DNA of 64,000 nt, from NCBI GenBank assembly GCA_965113315.1, contig OZ220372.1; one strand, written 5' to 3'. Position numbers and translations under genes: made by a program. The notes beneath the pieces were generated by a model. It was not told where the DNA came from and did no database searches. It worked only from the letters and a program-made list of their open reading frames with translations. Numbering within the stretch: the stretch's first letter is position 1; every line of letters starts with the position of its first letter. Source of the DNA: Podarcis vaucheri (lineage: Eukaryota). This document shows positions 40,859 to 52,189 of the stretch, piece by piece.

Positions 40859-43360
40859 ATCTCTCTCTGATCCCCCCCCCAAGAAATAGTGGTGGTGAAA
40901 TTGTAAACGGTGAAGTTAACAACTGCTTTCTTTGAACAAACTACTGCTGTTAAGCGTAATCATCTCAGCCAGAACTGTTCTGCACTTAATCTCCATCGGA
41001 ACTCACTGTTTAACAATTCCACCTTCCACAGTTCGTATGTGTTACCTGTAAATCAGGATAAAGCTTTTTGCATCTGATGAGTGGATCGTAGTCCACAAAA
41101 TCTTATAGCAGGGATTTATTTATTCCCCTTGTTTCATAAAATTTATACACTGCTTGACTCTAAAATTAAACACTCAAAGCGGCTTAGAAAAAAAGCTAAA
41201 ACAATAGCATTATCAATAAGAAAAATGAACAACTATAGTTTAAAACTTTCAAAAAGTTAAAATAACAACGGACTAAAAAGCGATTAAAACTTCCATCAAC
41301 CACGGTGCCCTTGAGGGCTTTCATTGACGCCCTTGGGCAGGTTACCCAATCTCTGAACTTGTATTTAAAAAGAAGTGTCTAGTTCTCCTAGAAATAAAGT
41401 TTCTAAAGAAGTAAAAAAATATGCAGGCACCTCCTAAGCGATTTCTGTGAGAAGAGAATGTGTGTGATGTGGCCATCTTGTACATTTTCCTGGTACTAAG
41501 GAATGATCCCAGTTGTTATTAGACAGCAACACCCTTGTGAGTGAGTGTGAGTTCCACAATCAGGGCATATCTGACTTCTTATGTCAGGGGTGGGGAGTTT
41601 TCCTTATTTTGTGCTGTGGCATGCCCCCTTGCCAGCCATTTTTTGACTGGGGCCCTCAGTACTCCCCAAATTCAAAATGTGCCCACTGTTCCAAAAAGGT
41701 TGGTGACTCCTGGCTTATAACATTAAAAATGTGTTGGTCTTTATAGTGCTACAAGACGCTATGGATTTTGCTGCAACAGACTATGCCCCTGAAATAAATA
41801 CGGTGAAGTTCTGCTTCCCTCACTTGCAGATTTCAGTTGTGTTCTGCATTAGCAGAAGCATTTTTCTTTGATTTTGCAGTATTCACATGTTATCTTGCTT
41901 TAAGCTGATGCAACTCTGTCAAGCCCCAGTGTGTTTCAGAATTTTTTCCACTCTAATGAAATAGCTTTAAAGCAGCACGTAATTCAATCAGTGCAATGCA
42001 GTATTAGATGGGAGTTCCAGTCTTTTCACTGCAGATCTTGGAAAGTAGGATGCTTACTTTAAATGGCAGTAGGGTTTCCTTTTCTTCCCCTCAACCAATC
42101 ACTCATGCCAATCACTCATCTCAGATGGATTATCAAGGATGGCTAAAGATGCATATAAGTTTTGGAAGCAAGTAACCCTAATGCCTGGAATCTTTTTGAC
42201 TATTTATCCAGGCTTCTGGCTGTTGACTGAGTCTTTAAAGTGTGTCTGTGTATATATAGATATATTTTAAAAATGAAATTATGGAAAATCCGTCCCAACA
42301 CCATAAGATAAAGATGCTGCTTCTGAGGTGAATGTTCTAAACATAATAAAAAAGGGTTAACAATGCATGAGTTTCCAGGGGCTCCGTTTAGTTTTCTTTG
42401 GTTTTTGTTTATTTTTGTTTATTTTTGGTTTTATTATTATTTTTTCTTAATTTCTGTGTTCTGGCCACACCCAGGAGAATCGTCTGCTTTTGATTTCTCC
42501 CTTTACGGTTACATGGTAAATTTTCTTTCTCATTCTTCAGAGATGGAAACATTTTTAAAAACTCTGTATAATTATTATTTTTTTACACTGCTCATCCTGT
42601 TGCTTGTTATTTATTGCAGAATCTGAGGCCAGACTAAAAGGGTGATGGTTACTTGGGTGTCTTTTGGGTCCTTGAACAGCTCCTTAAAGAAAATGGGGTG
42701 TCCCTGGGCTACAGGTGGTTTCAGGTCATATGAGATATTTCTTTATGAGCATTTAATAATCTACAGTTGCATTAGTTGGATAATTTTCAGGCAGTAATAA
42801 TAAAAAGTAAAAAGCAAGTGTTGTTAAAAAACAGGAAAAAACCCACGCACAGACAACTGAACTTTAAAATTGGTAGCAAAGCCAATCAAAAATAGGTTTG
42901 TAGTAATACTTTGTAATATTATATAGCTTTGTGGATGCATAGTTGCTGCTTTCCTTCAACTTAACATTTTCTGTGATGTACATGGGCAATCTTCACCCAA
43001 TAAAGGCATGCATTTATTTTACTAATTGAGATGTCCTTCAAACATCACAAAATATCAGTTCTAAAGAAACTTATTCATGCTTATGGACAGATATTTTATG
43101 CTGTTTGGTGTTGTTGTTTTGTTTTCTTTAAAGCACAAACTAATAACAAATTAAAACAATTGCAGTGAAAAAAGTTTGTAAATGTGACAGATGTGTATGT
43201 ACATCTGTTTATAATATGTGATTCCTGCCCCTCCTCCAAGGACTCAGGAACCCATTCATTGGACTATTCTGTTGGAGAAGATTATCTCATTGTGTAGATA
43301 ATAGTGTTCTGTTGTGAACCACCTTGAGATCTTTGGGTATAGGATGGCATACTAACTATA

Positions 43361-43407
43361 AACTAAACTAAACTAAACTAAACTAAACTAAACTAAACTA
43401 AAAACTA
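43361..43407. repeat. (AAACT)n microsatellite
   Basis: Direct inspection. Confidence 0.93.
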
Positions 43408-44244
43408 ATTGTATTCCTTAAGTTCCTAGTGTATGTGTGTTTGGCCAGATAGCTCATCTGGAACACAGAGATTAGATTTCCTCCCTCCAGCTAGCATATC
43501 CAATACACTCTCATCTTCTTAGCAAAAGCAAGTTCCCCAACAAGCAGCAATTTTTGTTTTGAAGGAAATCAGTCTGTTTTCCTAGTAGGATGGAATGTGA
43601 CTGGGGAAGCACTAGAGCAGAAGTAGGCTTTCTGAGAGCAGCCTCCAAGGGGCTGCTTTTGGGGGGTGGGGAACAGAATTGCCCAAGAAGGTAGAGTTGC
43701 AATTGCCAGCCACAGAACAGCTTCAGAATTGACCACATATCTGTCTGGGGCCGAGAGGGCAGGATAATGGGGGGAAGCAGCTGTCAGCACCCTCAGCCCT
43801 AACACCTTCAAAACATTGCATGAAATTTGGGGTTTGCATGTCTGGATAAGCCCTTTTGAGAAGAATTTGCTTAAATATCCAGTAATAATATTTTTGCTGG
43901 AGAATCCAGTGACCCAGTTTAATTTATCAACTGATTAAAAAAAATATCTTTATCCCTTCCTTCCCATGAATAAGCTTCCCATTGAACTCTACAAATACAG
44001 GGCAGGAAACCCAGCTGTGAAGCAAAAATAGAGAAATCCTTCACACAGTTGCCGCAGGAATGGTGAAAGGCTTGAGCCCTAGCAGGTTCTCATTATAGCA
44101 TCTTCAAGAGCACTTTAAAATGATGACCCACTTGCTACTTAGTGAAAAATTAAAATGGCTCTCTAGCCACTGCATCTCATGTTTCATGTAAAGCCAAGGT
44201 AGATTTCCCCCTCAAACTAAGTGTAAGTGTACTACTCCGCCTAA

Positions 44245-44331
44245 ACAGTCCTGGACAAGTCTACTCAGAAGTAAATCCAGTTGTGTTAAGTGGGACTTAC
44301 TTCCAGGTAAGTGTGTACAGGATTGCAGCCT
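44245..44331. mobile_element. Short palindromic interspersed repeat (MITE-like)
   Basis: tcct..aca..tctactcagaagtaa...ttacttccaggtaagtgtgtacaggattgcagcc; related copies at about 5805-5885 and 33385-33445. Confidence 0.5.
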
Positions 44332-45117
44332 TCATTACCTAGGTTCCTGTTTCAGTATCAGCAGTTTCCATTATAGTTGACATATACTTTGTCCTTCCTG
44401 TTTCTGGGGTGAAAGAACTCGAAAAGATTAACTACTACAGTGTTTGAAATGTGGCTGTAAAACTGCCACAACGATATTTTATCTAGCCATGGGCTAAGCC
44501 AAATGTCTACATTCTTGTGAATGGAACAACTAATGCTCAGACCACACTGCTGAAGCTAAATGGACAATTCCTGGAGAGGAGACCAGTGGGATCCTCACCT
44601 ACTTCTGAGTTTTCTAAAGGAAAGTAAGCTATAAATAAATCAATGATTTCAGCTACTATTTAGATGTTATCATTTTCTACTAGCTTCTCATTAAATTAAT
44701 TTAGTCTTCCTAGCTTAGTCCCTGTGAAAGTGTTGTTCAGCCCCATTAATGAGTATCAGAAGTTTAGAAAATGGTCTGCTTTGTGACCGAAACATGGAAA
44801 GAAGTGGATTAGGTGAAAGAAAGTTAAGCTGTCCTGTGCTAAATTAGGTGGCTACCCAGTTCTTCAGATCAGTCCCAAGCCTCTGTGCTCTTTCCCATGT
44901 AATAGATTCTTTCCCCTCAGATTTAGTAGTTGCCCACTTAATGATGATATATGCATATACTGCAGCATTTCTTTAAACAATGTTCATTTTACAACTAAAT
45001 GTAAGGGTTTTGCATCAGGAAAAGGAAATGTAAAGCTTGGACCGAAAAGATAAACGGATCAATTGTGTAGCAAGATTTCTACCATGTCCAGTTGCTCTAC
45101 CATTATTGGAGCATATA

Positions 45118-45333
45118 CAGTGGTACCTTGGTTGCCGAACTTAATCCGTTTTGGGAGCCCCGAAACCGTTCGGAAACCAAGGCGCAGCTTCCATTTGGCT
45201 GCAGGAGCTTCCTGCGCTCAATTGGAAGCTACGTCGAACGTTCGGCTTCCGAAAAATGTTCGCAAACCGGATCACTGACTTTTGGGTTTGCAGTGTTCAG
45301 GAGCCAAACTGTTCAAGTACCAAGGTACCACTG
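45118..45333. mobile_element. Tc1/mariner MITE of a related subfamily
   Basis: TA|cagtggtaccttgg ... ccaaggtaccactg|TA; perfect 14-bp TIRs, CpG-rich interior. Confidence 0.88.
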
Positions 45334-45359
45334 TATAGTGTAAAGACTTACAGTGTGTG

Positions 45360-45392
<33 letters not shown>

Positions 45393-45786
45393 GGTAATCA
45401 ATAAAAGACGAGTCCAAAACTGCAATTTCTCCAGAGCTGCTGCAAAGGGTGTGACTTTCTTGCACAGCATTAAACTGTTGGACCACACTCCCTTTTTGTA
45501 GTGGCTTGTTCAAAGCACCTGCATGTGTGTATCCTTGCCATAAACAGGCAACTACTGAAAATGTTGTAGAGTCATGCCTTTGTAAGGTTCCGCATGGCAA
45601 GAGGATTTCCAACTAGGATTTAATAAATTTTGTTCCGTCAAACTAGGAGCTAGTTTACTTTTCAAAATTTGTCTCGAGTAACTGTACTTTTTTTGGTCTG
45701 GCCTCAATTGCTTTATGTTTGTTATTATTTTAAATCTGATTACAACTTTTTTTTATTAAAAAAAATTAAATTTATTTCATGAAACA

Positions 45787-45792
45787 TGCATG
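45787..45792 (+). promoter_or_regulatory. RBFOX-binding element TGCATG upstream of the inferred RRM cassette exon
   Basis: Exact hexamer about 90 nt before the gap, with a second at 45520. The upstream position is the established repressive position used in RBFOX autoregulation. Confidence 0.6.
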
Positions 45793-45881
45793 AACCAAAA
45801 ATGTGACTCTAGGAGAGTATTGCTAAGTTGTGCTGATGTCAATTTCATACTGTGATATTTTTTTTCTCTATTTATCTAGAT

Positions 45882-46053
45882 NNNNNNNNNNNNNNNNNNN
45901 NNNNNNNNNNNNNNNNNNNNNNNNNNNNNNNNNNNNNNNNNNNNNNNNNNNNNNNNNNNNNNNNNNNNNNNNNNNNNNNNNNNNNNNNNNNNNNNNNNNN
46001 NNNNNNNNNNNNNNNNNNNNNNNNNNNNNNNNNNNNNNNNNNNNNNNNNNNNN
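45882..46053. other. N-run (172 nt), probable location of the missing 93-nt autoregulated RRM exon (GFGFVTFE...GRKIE)
   Basis: No sequence encoding the RNP1-containing exon was found between 36358 and 48703. The gap is preceded by TGCATG (45787) and a pyrimidine tract. The gap is seen directly; its content is inferred. Confidence 0.75.
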
Positions 46054-46882
46054 AATTTCTTCTTTATATTTATTCTTTTGTTTCTTTTTTTGTGTCTTGC
46101 CTCACTTATTTCACATTTGGATTCCTGTCTTGTGTGTGCGTGTGCGTGTGTTTGTGTCTCTGTGTTTTTCACTCCCCTGCCCCCCTGCACTGAGGTGTAT
46201 AAAAATAACACACCCACCGAAATATATATCTATATATGTTTTGTTACTTTAGGTATTTTTCTTTTTCTCCTTTCTCTTAAGTTTGTTTCCAACCCACTCC
46301 AAATTTTTGACCTTCTGCTGTCTTGATTTTCCTTTGCTTCAGTTTATGAGGCTCCGACTTTTTATTGCCAATCCTGATCAAAACTAACGAAAAGAGCACT
46401 GTCCAATTTGTAACTTTTGTGTCTTAACAACAAAGAAGGGGGCCAGCCAGAATCTGCCCTTTTCCTCAGAGGCCAGTTCTCCTTCATATGAGTGTGACAT
46501 TACATTAATTGCAGGAAGGGATTGACAACACAGGAAGAAACTTCCTTGGGCTGCTAGAATAATTTTTTCTGGAGATGATTTCAGTAAGTAAATACACACT
46601 CAAAATTAGCTCTTACAATGTGCACAGAGTTTGATAAATGTGAATAGTTGTTAACCACGTGGGAAGTAACTGATTAATCAGTGGGGAGAAAAATATATTC
46701 CCTCATATTGAAGGCTAACTGGCCCCTTTCTCTTTTCCCTCCCTTTTTAAGAGAAAAAAGTACGAAATATAGGGGGGGAAACTTAAAGCCGCCGTTTTGA
46801 GTAAGATGTCTGCATATTTTGCTTTTTTGTTTTGTTTTTTTGTTTTGTTTTTGTTGTTTTATTTCCCTTTTCAATGGTTTAG

Positions 46883-46956
46883 TGTTTAGGGCCCTTCACT
46901 TGACTCACTCTTTCCATGGTAACTATACACAATGCTGGCGATGGTACGAGTTGGCG
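46883..46956 (+). other. Candidate PTC-containing (poison) cassette exon of RBFOX2; acceptors at 46883 or 46890
   Basis: About 60-nt U tract, tandem tttag|tgtttag| acceptors, consensus donor GCG|gtaagt, and in-frame stops from both acceptors (TGA 46901, TAA 46920). Confidence 0.55.
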
Positions 46957-48703
46957 GTAAGTGAAACAAAAGTGCTAGAGGAGAAGCTTATTTCTTTTCT
47001 TTTTTTTAATGCAAAACAAAATTAAGAAAGAAAAAAATCCATCTGCCATTTCACATTAACACTACAAAATGTGATTTGACTTGTTGTCCCCCCCCCTTTC
47101 CTTTTCCCCTTCCCACCCCAACCCACCCACCCCTTTTTATTTTCAATGCTGTTGAGTAATGCCGCCTGGACTTTGGATGTACATACCGTTTTGTATAAGT
47201 CTGAGCTGTTTGATTACTGACTTCCTGGTGATTTCCCTTGCACATCTTACTCAGAGTTACTGAACTCCAGTTTGGCTGGTTTTTATTAATGCACCCATAC
47301 CCTTCCCCTCTCTATTCTCTCCCTGCCCCCTTTTTCTTTTCTTGCTCTGCCTCTCTCCAAACCTGTGATTGTTTTTCATTTTTCCTTTCTCCCCTTGCCA
47401 TTTTTTTCTTCTTCACTCAGTTAAATGCAGCTGTTGGTCTCTCTTTGCTGACTGGTGGTTTCTGATTGGTTTTGGCCATTTTTCCTTTAAGTGCTTGTAT
47501 TGCACTCTGCTGTAGCAGCTGATTTCAGGCACTCGCTCCATCTTAATGATTGTCTGTGAGACCTCTCCTCTCTCTCTCCCCCTCCCTAGCCCCATTAATC
47601 GATTGTTGTTGTTGTTGTTTTTCTTTTTTTATGTGTGTTTTAACAGCATGCTCTCAGTCTCATCGTTGTTGTTTCCCATTCTTTTTAAATGTATGATGTT
47701 TATACTGTTTGGGGGCTGAAATTAGAGTAATGGGTTTCCAGGCTCCCTTCTTCCCTGCCCGAGCTCACTCTTCTGTTAAACGTCAGAGGGCATCTAAGAC
47801 TCCATCTTGAGATCGGCCTTGTGGCTTTTCCTTCTGTTACGGCTTAGGATTTCGAAATGTCACTGATTCTAGCTCAGCCTTCACCCTCTTTGCAAGAGCT
47901 CTGAGGCTGTGTCTGACACGGGGCTGCAGTAATTTGGCTTTGCCCACCGCTCCCATGTTTTTCCAGCACCATTTCTGCTGTAACACACACTTGCTGCAAT
48001 GCTTAGAAGGCTTGGGGCTATAAAGAGCTCAGAAATGAGGGTGAGTGCACTACGAAATCAGGAGACACCTTATCGGTTTCTAAATGGTGTTTGTTTTTTT
48101 GTCCTCCTCTCAAAAGTCAGCAATTGGAGATGGGTGCGCCAATATCTCAGGATATCCTGAAACTGGGATGTAGGCCAGGCAGCCTTGCTTTAGGAATCCA
48201 GAGGGAATTAGTCCAAGGCACCTGGGATATCCAAGCTCTCCTTCCGCCTGAATAGATGTCTCCTCTGTAATATTAGTAGGCCACTGCAGTTCAGTGAAAG
48301 GCTACTAAAATATGAGACAGAAGGCTACTAAAATATGAGACAAAGTTGTTTTTGTTCATTACTTCATACCAGTAAAGCTGGACGTGGAGAAAATAGCAAT
48401 AGGGGGAGTTTTTGCCCTTTGGATCAGTGAGCATCAAATGCCCAGTTCAGTCAAAGGTAGCAGGGATGCCTGAGAAAATGTGCTCTTTTTGGCCTTTTCT
48501 TGAATGCCAGAATTAAAATGCCAGAATTAGATTGGTTTGCAATTTTAATATTTAATTTAATGGCAACCTGCAAAAGTAAAATTAAATGTGCTAAATTTTT
48601 AAACAAATTTAAAAAAAACAAAAACACACACAAGTTTTCACCATTTTCTCTAAAGTCCTGTGCTTCCTCCCCTCTTCCCCCCTTTCCTCCTTTTTACTTT
48701 TAG

Positions 48704-48764
48704 GTTAATAATGCCACTGCCCGTGTGATGACTAATAAGAAGATGGTCACACCGTATGCAAACG
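48704..48764 (+). CDS. RBFOX2: RBFOX2 coding exon (end of RRM, 61 nt)
   Basis: ctttttacttttag|GTTAATAAT...GCAAACG|gtaagg. Translates VNNATARVMTNKKMVTPYAN(G). Confidence 0.97.
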
Positions 48765-51700
48765 GTAAGGGGAAATTCTGCTAATAATAAACAAGGTTTA
48801 TGGGGGAAGAGCTAAGCTATTGGGACTGTTCTTCCTTCCCTGGATTTCAGCATAATAGAAAGCTTTGTTGGAAGAATAGCATCTTCAAAATCTTTTGTGA
48901 CTGGTGTGTATAAACACTGAAGTAAGATGCCTGTTTTTCAAAGGGTAAGAGAGTACCCAACAGCTATTATTTAATGGTATTAGAATTTGTTTTGAGCAAG
49001 GAAACTTAATGTTAAATATAGATTAACAAGTCAAACTGTAGGGAATAACGAAAACTTTGCCCTTGCCATTCCCTGGTAAATTAGTGAGAAATGATCAACA
49101 TGAAAAGTTCCATCACTGCTTTTAGAATGGGGAGGTATTTAAAAAGTGGACCCAATATTTAATAGTGGGAAAGGATGCGGACAAGGAAAGGGCCTAACAA
49201 ATACACATGCAGATCTGTAATTCAAAATAAAAATATTTCTCTTCCCTTATCCCTCATACAGACCTTTCCACAAAGACCTTGGGAGAAATCATAAAATGCT
49301 AGGTTAGAAGGGTGAAGTCCAGTTTTGTCTGTCCTAGCAAGGTTTACAAAACCCACAAAGAAGGAACTTGCCCGTTGACTGCCAGTCTCTTTGTGTGAAT
49401 TAACCTTTCCTATAATGCTCTTATTTGACCATGTCTGTGTTACACAAAAGCTCATTGCCAAATACTGTACCTGAACAACATTTGATAATGGCAGTGCACC
49501 TGTTTCAGCACTTGCCGTTTAACTATACTAATTCTCAAGAGATGGTATGAAATGAAACACATGAACTTTGATCTTCCTGAAAATAATTGGTGTTGACCTA
49601 GAAGTCCATAGTACAACAGCCACTATAAAAGCACTTGTAGGTGGCTAAAACAAAACTGGAGGCAAAAAGGTCCAAATTCTCAGCCTCGCTGTCTCCTAAA
49701 AGTAGCTCTTGGTCTGGCTTAGTCACCATTAAGCTCAATCACCATTAAGTGAGAAATGCTAGTTACTAATTTGGGTTGAATAACAGCATGTTTTAAACAA
49801 GGTTCATTGAGAAGGGTATATTTGCTAAATCTGTATGCTGTCTGGTTGGATAGGGATGGTGTTTGTGTTTTTCACAGAATTGTAAAAGCTGAGTTTTCAT
49901 GCAGCTGTACATTGTCTACCCACATGCTTGTGCTAAGCCCTTAGTCATATTAGCTTTCTTGTTGTGACAGCACAGAGGCTTTGTTCCAAAGGTGTGCTAT
50001 ATATTATAATGCATTGCACTGGCATGTTAATTAGTTATGCTGAGATGATATAGCTGCATACCCCTGCCAGTAGCCTAATATAAATTCTCAAGAATGGCAG
50101 ATCTTTGAAGTGTAAGTAACTTTATCAAGTAATAAAAATGGAATCTTGTAAAAAACTACAGTGAAATAGGGATTACTTAGGAAATATGCCTTTGTGGATC
50201 AGTTATACGTTCTCAAATGGCATTGCAAGCACCCCCAAGTTAAAAATAAAACAATGATTTTGTGCATGTGCACATATAACTATTTATGATCTATATAAGA
50301 AAGCCAGTTCCCCACATTCATCATTCTTATTTCATTACATAAAGGGGACGGAGGGGATGGACCCAAAGCAAGACTCTGCAGATGAAAAGTTAGGGCTGGC
50401 TCACTTCTCACTGGTTCTCATTTAAATCCTATGAGACAAAGTAAATGGGCTGCAATCTGAAGTACAGCTTCTCCCATGTAAAGTAGTGGCGGCCATACAG
50501 TGTGTCACTTGGAGGCAAAGAAACCCTAACAGCAGGTCTTTACAGATAGGAACTACAGAGAAGCAGCCAGAACCTGCAAAGGCCATTGGCTTGTGTGCTC
50601 CGTCCTTTCGCTACACTGGTTAATGGGAGAAAGGACAGATGGCACTAGCATTCTGCACTTACATATTGAACTAGAAGCGATTGGGGTAGGAGCTCAGATG
50701 TGTTTACTGCAAATGCTCTTGTATTCATAGGAAGGCTGCCTCACACTTTGTGAACCATAGACAGAACTGTGTTCTACCTGCACTAAAAAGAAATTTGCCC
50801 CCCCCGCCCCGCCCCGCATCTAATATTGCTATAAGGAACTACTTTGTACTGAGCTAGACTGGTAATGGCTCTCTGAGCTCAGCACAAGCTTTTTTCCTCC
50901 AGCTGTGTTACCTGCTAAGAATTTTTAATTGGCAATATCAAGGATGAGTCATGATTGTAGTTCATGTCCTCCAATACGGAGCCACAGCTCCTCCCCACAA
51001 GGATGTACAAGAATTCCCTCGCATTGAATTCAATCATTGGTCCATCCAGTATAGTACTGTTTACATTGAATAGTAGCAGTTCTTCAAGTCTTTGGCTGAG
51101 AGCTTTCTTGATGTTAAATATGTAACATTAGTGCCCTTTATTATACAGGTGTGGCCCCTCAATGGTAGCAGTATGGGACTGTGTGGGTTACTGATATATT
51201 CCCCTCCTGGCCTCTAGCATTACATAATAAATCTACTAATCTAGTATAAAAACCAGCCAGACTCCAAATTCAAATTTGTACTACTATGTGTACTGCACAT
51301 GGTTTGCACAGCTCTGACCCATAAGTTTTCATTCAGTTTATAGGAACATAGTGAGTTAGCAGCTGAACTCTGCTACATTATTTTGTAGAATGCTTTTTGA
51401 CTTTGCTTTTCGTTGGGTAAATATTTAAAAATGCCATTGCAGAGATATTTTCAGACCCACAAATTCAGAAAAAAAAGTTGAAGAAAAGAACATATATAAT
51501 AATTAGAATAATAGAATCGTAGAGTTGGAAGGGACCACGAGGGTCATCTAGTCCAACCCCCCGTGAGGCAGGAATCGTTTGTCCAACATGGGGCTGAAAC
51601 ACATGACCCTGCCTGAGCCATGAATTGTACTTGGGCATTATGTTCTTGGTTGGTTTGTGTCAGCCCATTTTGACCTGATCAGTCCATGGTTTGTGTGTTG

Positions 51701-52189
51701 ATCTCAATTTCGCTTGTCAGTGTAGCGTTGCTGGATTGGGCTTACTTGTGCCTCTAGTGAACGAAGGCAGAAGGCACTCAGCTCCTAGGCAGGCCTTGCA
51801 CACAGCAAGCACAAGAAAGGCCAGCACAGAGCCTGCCTGCTCGCCCGCCTGCTCAGCCTCCCACTTTTCTGTCCATTCCCAACAGCAAGGGTCAGTGGAC
51901 TGGCTGGTTGGCTTTCCTTACCCACTTACTTGCTTACTCTGAGGCTGCCTCAGCTCCTGACAGCCATCAACCCCTGGCCAGCCCTAGAGGCACCATTTGC
52001 CTGGGGAGCTTGAAGGCAGGACTGCTGCAAAAGCCGCACAAGCATTTGGGAGGCAGAGTCGTAAGAGGGCATCGAGGGAAAGAAGGAAAGAGGGGCAGAG
52101 GCCAGTGTTGCCTTCAGTCCCCCTGACTATCATTCAAGGCACCCCAGGGTGCCACGGCACACCGGTTGAAAACCATTGCCATAGGCCAA

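Noticed and set aside
45830-46252. Long ORFs spanning N-runs (also 59173-59707)
   Set aside because: Artefacts of N read-through.
48298-48342. Short tandem duplications (23-mer here; others near 1321, 9920, 12034, 42096, 59012)
   Set aside because: Two-copy slippage duplications without spacers; ordinary background, not CRISPR-like or evidently functional.
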